DNA from: Staphylothermus hellenicus DSM 12710
Lineage (GTDB): Archaea; Thermoproteota; Thermoprotei_A; Sulfolobales; Desulfurococcaceae
Assembly: GCF_000092465.1 (NCBI RefSeq)
Contig: NC_014205.1
Location: 1,140,001 to 1,172,000, forward strand
Reading direction: 5' to 3'
DNA: 32,000 nt
Shown: piece by piece, positions 25,944 through 32,000 of the stretch
How the letters are laid out: each line of letters begins with the position of its first letter
Position numbering within the stretch: position 1 is the stretch's first letter
Translations under genes and position numbers: made by a program
The notes under the pieces: model-generated
Seen by the model: the letters and a program-made list of their open reading frames with translations, nothing else
Databases searched by the model: none
What the model was told of the DNA's origin: nothing

Positions 25944-26035
25944 CGTTGTGGTGTCATGGGTGGCTGTCAGAGGCCAACGGCACAAGCCCCCTGGGTCTCG
26001 GAGCAAAGCGCCTATTAACCCACAGGAACGCAGAT
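25944..26035. other. GC-rich island in a convergent intergenic gap; possible structured RNA of unknown class
   Basis: The composition clearly stands out from the AT-rich background (for example GGGTGGCTGTCAGAGGCCAACGGCACAAGCCCCCTGGGTCTCGGAGC). Several short helices can be drawn, but I could not derive a single convincing fold. Confidence 0.25.
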
Positions 26036-26135
26036 CAATACAAGAAAACATAGTCTGGAATGTTTAAAGCTTACTGCCCCGTTGAAAAATAAGAGAATAC
26101 CTACATTATTGAAATTAGTATGGCATCGTATTAGC

Positions 26136-27053
26136 TTATTCTTCGAAGAACTCGTCTGTATCACTATATAGTAATTTAAGCTCTTCTAACGTTAATCTTT
26201 TCTCTCCCTTCTTAAGTTTCTCCATAACCTTTTTGCGTTTTTCCATTAATATTGCACTAATCTTTCTACGCTCGATTTCTTTCAATGTTTTTTGATGCTC
26301 TTCTCTCAGATTGTTTAGCTTTTCTATTAGATCATTTATTTGCTTAGATAGATTATTCACTCTTTCCTGTTTTTGTGTGATCTCCTCATTGATGTCTTCT
26401 ACTTGTTTATTTAGCTCTTCAATTTGTTGTCTTAGAGATCTTATTTTCTCTTTCAAGTTATTTATATTTTCACTAATATTACTGATTTTGTCTTTGAGCT
26501 CGTTTATTTGAAGTTTTAAACTAGTAATCGTTGCTCGGATTTCTAAATATTTGTTTTTCTCTTTCTTAATTTGCAGAGCTTTATCCAATAATTCTTCGAG
26601 TCTTTGAATCTTTTTAATTATTTGATTTTCTTCTTCTACGTTTAGAATCCTAGTTTGCTGGATCCACTCGAGTCGTTCTATTTCCTTTTTAATAACGGAT
26701 ATTGGCAGTCTTACTTCTTTGCCGAGGATTTGTAGTTGTTCTCTTTTTTCTCTTAGAAGATTTAGTAATTCTCTAAATTGTTGGATCTTCTCTCGCTTCT
26801 CAGATCTGTACTTACGTATTTCGTCGATAAGCTTTTTCTTTTTATTATTGTATTCTCTGAGAGCGGCTCTAAGCTCTTTTAGTTTATTGATTAGTTTTCT
26901 TCTTTGGCTTCTTAGATCTTTTAGTTCGGAGATTAGTATTATTCTTTCTTTCTTCAACTCTTTTATCTGGCTTCTGACTAGGCTTATTTCATTACTGATC
27001 ATATCTAGTTTTTTCTGCAGATCCTCGACTGACCCGTTTATGCTAGTATCCAT
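26136..27053 (-). CDS. Archaeal coiled-coil protein (COG1340-like)
   Basis: The 305-aa product is almost entirely heptad-like K/E/L/I-rich helix (LQKKLDMISNEISLVRSQIKELKKER...). Confidence 0.7.
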   Translation of the reverse strand: MDTSINGSVEDLQKKLDMISNEISLVRSQIKELKKERIILISELKDLRSQRRKLINKLKELRAALREYNNKKKKLIDEIRKYRSEKREKIQQFRELLNLLREKREQLQILGKEVRLPISVIKKEIERLEWIQQTRILNVEEENQIIKKIQRLEELLDKALQIKKEKNKYLEIRATITSLKLQINELKDKISNISENINNLKEKIRSLRQQIEELNKQVEDINEEITQKQERVNNLSKQINDLIEKLNNLREEHQKTLKEIERRKISAILMEKRKKVMEKLKKGEKRLTLEELKLLYSDTDEFFEE

Positions 27054-27110
27054 ATTATTACCCTTCTATAGTTTAAGGTTAAATATGTATTATTTTATTC
27101 CTAGATAACC

Positions 27111-27806
27111 CTAAGTTTTAAGTATTATTCTAGCATCAACCACGACTGCATTATCAGGATACGCCATTACAGGGTTTAAATCGATAGATTCAATCTCTGG
27201 ATTTTCCTCTAATAGTTTTGATACAGACAATATTATTTTAGCTAGTGATTTTTTATCAACCGGTGGTTGTCCACGATAGCCTTCCAGCAGTTTTGCAGCC
27301 TTTATTTCATTCATCATCTCAAAGGCGTCTTCTTCAGTTAATGGTGCTATTCTAAACGATACATCTCTTAATACTTCAACAAATATTCCTCCAAGACCAA
27401 ACATTACTACAGGCCCGAATATATTGTCTCTTAGCCCACCAATAATTACTTCTAATCCTTTAGGAGCCATTTTCTGGATTAATACTCCAACAATTCTAGC
27501 TCCTGGAGCGTTTTTAGATACGTTCTCATATATCTTATTATATGCTTCAATAAGTTCTTCTTTAGATTTAATATTGAGGATTACTCCTCCAACATCGCTT
27601 TTATGGCTAATATCTGGTGAGACTATTTTTAATACAAGAGGATATCCTATTTTTTCAGCATATTCAACTGCTTCATCCAGAGATCTCGCGATCGCTGTTT
27701 CAGGTGCAGAGATATTATATGCCTTTATTATTTCGAATGCTTCGTGCTCTAGCAGTTTTCTTCTTTTTTCCTCATATGCTTTTTGTATTATTTCCCTGGG
27801 ATTCAT
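27111..27806 (-). CDS. acdB: Acetyl-CoA synthetase (ADP-forming), beta subunit (ATP-grasp)
   Basis: GYPLVLKIVSPDISHKSDVGGV, GPVVMFGLGGIFVEVLRDVSFRIAP and LDLNPV closely follow the Pyrococcus ACD beta pattern. Confidence 0.85.
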   Translation of the reverse strand: MNPREIIQKAYEEKRRKLLEHEAFEIIKAYNISAPETAIARSLDEAVEYAEKIGYPLVLKIVSPDISHKSDVGGVILNIKSKEELIEAYNKIYENVSKNAPGARIVGVLIQKMAPKGLEVIIGGLRDNIFGPVVMFGLGGIFVEVLRDVSFRIAPLTEEDAFEMMNEIKAAKLLEGYRGQPPVDKKSLAKIILSVSKLLEENPEIESIDLNPVMAYPDNAVVVDARIILKT

Positions 27807-27823
27807 TTTTTATCAACCCAATT

Positions 27824-29251
27824 TTATTTTTGGGCAACCCCTCTAATTATGGAGTATGTGTATAAAGCCTTCAATGCTCGAGCAGCTCGCTCGGGGGATT
27901 CAAATACTGGTATTCCCTTATCTTCAAGATAAGCTTTAAACTTCTCTGCTTCTTTGCTTCCAATAATTATGATCAATATTGGTTTATTGTATTTTTTCTT
28001 TGCCTCAACGAGGTATTCGAATAGTTTACCTTTTATTCCAGGTATTTGGGGAAGAGCAACCACTATAACTGCATCAACATCGTCTCTAGGCAGAAGCTTT
28101 TCGAGAACAGTAATGTAGCGTTCATCATCAGCATCACCAGTTAAATCTATTGGGTTCTCAACAATGCAGTGAGGCGGCAGAACTTTTTTCAACTCACTTC
28201 TTAAATTCTCCGGTGTTCTTGGAAGCTCAAAGCCTTCACTTGCTAATGCATCCGTTAACATTACGCCTACACCACCAGCATCTGTTACGACATATACTCT
28301 TCTCCCCTTCATTAAAGGCTGTGTCAACAGTGTTTTAGATAAATCCATTATTTCATCAAAACTTGAAGCTTCTATCAGGCCTGCTTGTTTTATAGCTGCT
28401 CTATATAATTGATAGTTTCCTGCTAATGCTGCTGTATGGCTTGCAGCCGCCATGCTTCCTCTAGCTGTTTTTCCAGCCTTATATATTACTATTGGCTTCT
28501 TCTCTACAACTTTTCTCGCTTTATCGATGAAGAGTCTTCCACGTCCAGGTTTTAATCCTTCTAGATACATTATTATGAGCTTTGTTTTCTCATCTTCTCT
28601 GAGATACTCTATTAGATCTATATCGTCTACATCGATCTTGTTTCCATAACTTATTGCTCGAGAAACACCTATATTCCTATAAGCCATCCAGTCAAGCAGT
28701 GCTGATGCAAATGCTCCGCTCTGGCTAATAAAGCTTATATATCCTTTTTTAGGCCTCATCATTTTCTCGTCCGGTAAAAAGAACGTATCTACTCCGCTCC
28801 AATTATCATATATTCCTAGACAGTTCGGCCCTATTATCCGGATACCGTATTCCATAGATATTCTTTTTATCTCATCTTCTAATTGTTTACCTTCTTCAGT
28901 CCCTGTTTCTCGAAAACCACCGCTTATAATAATTGCTGCTTTAACACCTTTTTCGCCAGCATCTCTGAGAACTTGTGGAACAACTGGGGCTGGAACAACT
29001 ATTACAACCAAATCTATGGGTTCAGGTATATCTTTCACAGAAGGATAACATTTTAGACCTAGTACTTCTTTATATTTTGGATTCACCGGGTATATTTTGC
29101 CTTTGAATCTTTTCTTGAAGTTTTCAACTATTACACGGCCAACTTTGCCTTCCTTAATTGTTGCACCCACGATAGCTACGCTTTTCGGGTTGAAGAACTT
29201 ATCCAGCAATAAGCATACCCCTCTACAAGAGTTTTTTCTCCATAAACGCAT
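27824..29251 (-). CDS. acdA: Acetyl-CoA synthetase (ADP-forming), alpha subunit
   Basis: FNPKSVAIVGAT is the CoA-binding N-terminus, followed by GPNCLGI and a succinyl-CoA-synthetase-like fold. The TTG at 29209, preceded by GAGGGG 8 nt upstream, would give the typical N-terminus (M)LDKFFNPKS. Confidence 0.88.
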   Translation of the reverse strand: MRLWRKNSCRGVCLLLDKFFNPKSVAIVGATIKEGKVGRVIVENFKKRFKGKIYPVNPKYKEVLGLKCYPSVKDIPEPIDLVVIVVPAPVVPQVLRDAGEKGVKAAIIISGGFRETGTEEGKQLEDEIKRISMEYGIRIIGPNCLGIYDNWSGVDTFFLPDEKMMRPKKGYISFISQSGAFASALLDWMAYRNIGVSRAISYGNKIDVDDIDLIEYLREDEKTKLIIMYLEGLKPGRGRLFIDKARKVVEKKPIVIYKAGKTARGSMAAASHTAALAGNYQLYRAAIKQAGLIEASSFDEIMDLSKTLLTQPLMKGRRVYVVTDAGGVGVMLTDALASEGFELPRTPENLRSELKKVLPPHCIVENPIDLTGDADDERYITVLEKLLPRDDVDAVIVVALPQIPGIKGKLFEYLVEAKKKYNKPILIIIIGSKEAEKFKAYLEDKGIPVFESPERAARALKALYTYSIIRGVAQK

Positions 29252-29281
29252 AATTTATTTATGAATAAATAAGGGATTTGG

Positions 29282-30085
29282 TTACAGTTTCTCTGAAGGC
29301 TCTTCGGTATAGAAATCTTCTCCTCCGGCAACGACTCTTTGTATGGCTGCGTAGAGGTTATCATATCCTAAAAGCTTAGTTGACGATACAGGTATTATTT
29401 CAGAGGATATAAGGTTTTCCGCTACCTCTAAGATTTCTGACTCGCTCCACATTATTGAGGCTTTTTTATCACTCACCACCTTTGCTGCCAGAGTAGATGG
29501 GTCCTCATGATATGAGAGGATCTCTTGAATAATGTTTTCTGGAACCATATCTATTTTAGTCAATACATTGATTTGTGGCAAACCTATTCTAACATGAGTA
29601 CTAGCAGATAAGAGCAGTGCGGAGAAATAGTTACTCGGCCTTGAAGCATAAACCACATCTATGAGGAACAATGATACAGCTTTATGTTCACCGATTAAAG
29701 CATCAATTATTATTGGGCCTGTTTCTCGAAAAGCAAAAACCTCCATTTGACCTGGTGTATCAAGTATTATATAGTTTGATTTAAGAGACCATACCTCCTC
29801 TTTTAACTCCTCTATTCGGAGAGCTAACATGTCTACAGCTGCTATTAATGCACCATTTGGGCCTAGGCCATGTGTTCTCATTACTTCTCTTGCACTCACA
29901 TATTCTCTGGCGTCAATATCGGGCTTATAGGGTAGAATCTCAACTGCAGGGTCAAGATTTACTATAGTTGCATCCATACCGTTATTAATGAGATAGTCTT
30001 GAAGCGCTGAAGCCAGAGTAGTTTTTCCGCTACCAGCTGTTCCAAGTACAACGATATAGTATGGCAATTCTTCAACCACCTTCAC
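29282..30085 (-). CDS. GPN-loop GTPase
   Basis: It has the P-loop GTAGSGKTT, the GPN motif GLGPNGA, and DTPGQMEVF. Confidence 0.88.
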   Translation of the reverse strand: MKVVEELPYYIVVLGTAGSGKTTLASALQDYLINNGMDATIVNLDPAVEILPYKPDIDAREYVSAREVMRTHGLGPNGALIAAVDMLALRIEELKEEVWSLKSNYIILDTPGQMEVFAFRETGPIIIDALIGEHKAVSLFLIDVVYASRPSNYFSALLLSASTHVRIGLPQINVLTKIDMVPENIIQEILSYHEDPSTLAAKVVSDKKASIMWSESEILEVAENLISSEIIPVSSTKLLGYDNLYAAIQRVVAGGEDFYTEEPSEKL

Positions 30086-31176
30086 TATATAAGGAATGAC
30101 TGGGACCTACTACCCCAGAATTTTCCTTTGAAGTTTAATTTATATCCGCAACGTGGACATCTGAAATCCTTGGTAAGCCTCCAATCAACAATATAAAATC
30201 CTAACCGCTTAACTACTAGTTCGCCGCATCTAGGACAATACGTGTTCTCTAATGGGTGATTCCCTACATTTCCAATATAAACATGTTTAAGCCCCTCCTC
30301 CATAGCTATCTTAGCTAGTTTTTCAAGAGTCTCCAGAGGTGTTGGTGGTAGGTTTTGAAGTTTATAGTCTGGGTGGAATCGCAGTAGGTGAAAAGGCGTT
30401 TCATCCCCTAAGTTTTCAACGATCCATCTTGCGAGTTTGCGTATATCTTCTTCTTTATCCCCGTATTTGGGGACTACAAGATTTGTTATTTCAATCCACC
30501 ATCCTTCCTTCTTCATCGCAAGTATAGAGTCAAATATAGGCTCAGGATCTAGTACTCCCATGAATTTCCTATAGAACTCCTTGTTTCCTCCGCCCTTGAA
30601 ATCAACTGTAGCTGCATCCATATATGGACCTAACTCCTTAATTGCTTCCGGCGTCATGTATCCATTTGTCACCATTGTATTGAATAATCCTTCTTTTTTA
30701 GCTAGTTTAGCAGTATCATACATGAACTCGTAGAATATTGTCGGCTCATTATACGTATAACTTATGCCTTGACAACCATTCTCGATTGCCAACTTAACTA
30801 CTTCTTCCGGATCATATGGTTCTCCAAATATCTTATCATATCTTGATTGGCTTAAAACCCAGTTCTGACAGAACTTGCAATAAAAATTGCATCCCGCAGT
30901 CGATATTGAGAATACACATGCTCCGGGGTTAAAGTGCATTAATGGCTTCTTCTCGATTGGATCGGGATTGGCAGCTGTTAATAAGCCATATACCAATGTA
31001 TAAAGTTTTCCGTTATGATTATATCTAACACCACAAGCACCGAAAGCTCCTGGCGCAATAATACATCTCTTATGGCACAGATTACAAACCACCCTTCCAT
31101 CTCCCAATGGTTTCCAAAACATTGCTTCCCTAACACCAGGTCTTCTAGGATCAAAACGGTAGCGTCTACCAGCCAT
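30085..31176 (-). CDS. AmmeMemoRadiSam-system radical SAM enzyme (PflA-like activase family)
   Basis: CNFYCKFCQNW is the CxxxCxxC motif. An N-terminal Cys cluster (CNLCHKRC...CGVR) and a C-terminal CPRCG...CPRCG ribbon are also present. Confidence 0.85.
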   Translation of the reverse strand: MAGRRYRFDPRRPGVREAMFWKPLGDGRVVCNLCHKRCIIAPGAFGACGVRYNHNGKLYTLVYGLLTAANPDPIEKKPLMHFNPGACVFSISTAGCNFYCKFCQNWVLSQSRYDKIFGEPYDPEEVVKLAIENGCQGISYTYNEPTIFYEFMYDTAKLAKKEGLFNTMVTNGYMTPEAIKELGPYMDAATVDFKGGGNKEFYRKFMGVLDPEPIFDSILAMKKEGWWIEITNLVVPKYGDKEEDIRKLARWIVENLGDETPFHLLRFHPDYKLQNLPPTPLETLEKLAKIAMEEGLKHVYIGNVGNHPLENTYCPRCGELVVKRLGFYIVDWRLTKDFRCPRCGYKLNFKGKFWGSRSQSFLI

Positions 31177-31319
31177 GTCTTATCCACCATCACAGTATAT
31201 TTATTGTAAATAGCCCTGTATAGATTCTTTCATTAAAAACTAGGACTATGTATACTTTATGGATACTAACGTATACTTTTATCTATATAGGTTATTAATA
31301 TATGTTGGAGAAATAATAT

Positions 31320-32000
31320 ATGGTGAGCGCTGTGGGTGTAGTTATTACGGGTAAAAACTATGAATCATTTGCTGAAAAATACGCTTCTCTACTGGGATAT
31401 GATATAGGAGAGATACAAACCAAAATATTCCCAGACGGCGAATACTATGTTAGAATTAAAAAACCTGAATTAATACATGGTAATAAAGTCGCCATAATTA
31501 ATACAATGTATCCTAGACAAAACGATTCCTTACTAGAAACACTAATGCTAATAGACGCTGCTCGAAAAGCGGGGGCAAAACATGTTGTTGTTATAATTCC
31601 TTATCTAGCGTATGCTAGGCAAGACAAAGTATTCCTGGAAGGAGAACCAGTAACCGCGAGTATTGTTGTTAAAATGATTAGGATGGTTGGTGCTGATGCA
31701 TTAGTTGTGGTGGATATTCATAGTGTTAAAACTCTCGAAGATTTTAACGGCAAAGCATTGAATGTGCTAGTATCAGATAAACTTGTCGAAAAAGCTTTGA
31801 ATATTCTTAATAACCCAGTAGTTATTGCCCCTGATAAAGGCGCGCTGCACAGGGCTAAATATGCGGCTGAAAAACATGGTTTAGAATATGATTACCTAGT
31901 AAAGAGAAGAGATAGGATAACAGGGGAAATCTCGATTATGCCTAAAGAGCTTAGAATTGATGGAAGAGATATTGTAATCATCGATGACATTATAAGTACT
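31320..32000 (+). CDS. prs: Ribose-phosphate pyrophosphokinase (3' end off-window, partial)
   Basis: Translated by hand; it is absent from the track because no stop lies in the window. It reads MVSAVGVVITGKNY...FPDGEYYVRI...IPYLAYARQDK...VVVDIHS...DIVIIDDIIST, the PRPP synthase motifs. The frame is open for 227 codons to the window edge. Confidence 0.9.
   Translation, partial: MVSAVGVVITGKNYESFAEKYASLLGYDIGEIQTKIFPDGEYYVRIKKPELIHGNKVAIINTMYPRQNDSLLETLMLIDAARKAGAKHVVVIIPYLAYARQDKVFLEGEPVTASIVVKMIRMVGADALVVVDIHSVKTLEDFNGKALNVLVSDKLVEKALNILNNPVVIAPDKGALHRAKYAAEKHGLEYDYLVKRRDRITGEISIMPKELRIDGRDIVIIDDIIST

Noticed and set aside
25944-26035. I considered whether the GC-rich island is a tRNA, a split-tRNA half, or an H/ACA or C/D RNA.
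   Set aside because: No T-arm (GTTCRANYC-like loop) or D-arm can be drawn. The best anticodon-like hairpin (UGGCU-GUCAGA-GGCCA) has a 6-nt loop. No ACA follows directly after a closing stem, and no RUGAUGA box is paired with CUGA in the right order. The segment is kept only as an unclassified candidate.
25853-26053. A 66-aa plus-strand ORF runs from inside uppS across the GC-rich island.
   Set aside because: It starts out of frame within the uppS 3' end, and the protein is not recognisable. The open frame is more likely a side effect of the GC-rich, stop-poor segment.

Overview
This is a visibly AT-rich archaeal chromosomal segment. Its gene content and order (thermosome, GatD/GatE, Nop5-fibrillarin, TFB, Gar1, SRP19, ribosomal proteins S8e and S30e, RpoK, ADP-forming acetyl-CoA synthetase) point to a hyperthermophilic crenarchaeon of the Desulfurococcales/Sulfolobales type; the lineage is inference only. 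About 38 protein genes are tightly packed and most are housekeeping.

Features beyond the ORF track:
1. An intact 1,831-bp IS607-type element (serine-recombinase tnpA plus tnpB) has split a YjjX/DUF84 NTPase gene. Its right end carries a GC-rich hairpin cluster that looks like a TnpB omega-RNA scaffold.
2. Two tandem box C/D sRNA candidates lie downstream of gatE. Both have good K-turn geometry, and the internal C'/D' boxes covary.
3. A 126-nt unit closed by a perfect 16-bp inverted repeat lies between srp19 and gar1.
4. A roughly 90-nt GC-rich island lies in the convergent gap after uppS.
5. An 8-bp palindrome brackets the thermosome TATA box.
6. Two genes are missing from the track: S30e (56 aa) and a window-truncated prs.

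No tRNA, rRNA or CRISPR array was found. I see no convincing novel multi-gene system. The accessory-looking content is the IS element and a few uncharacterised small-protein operons.
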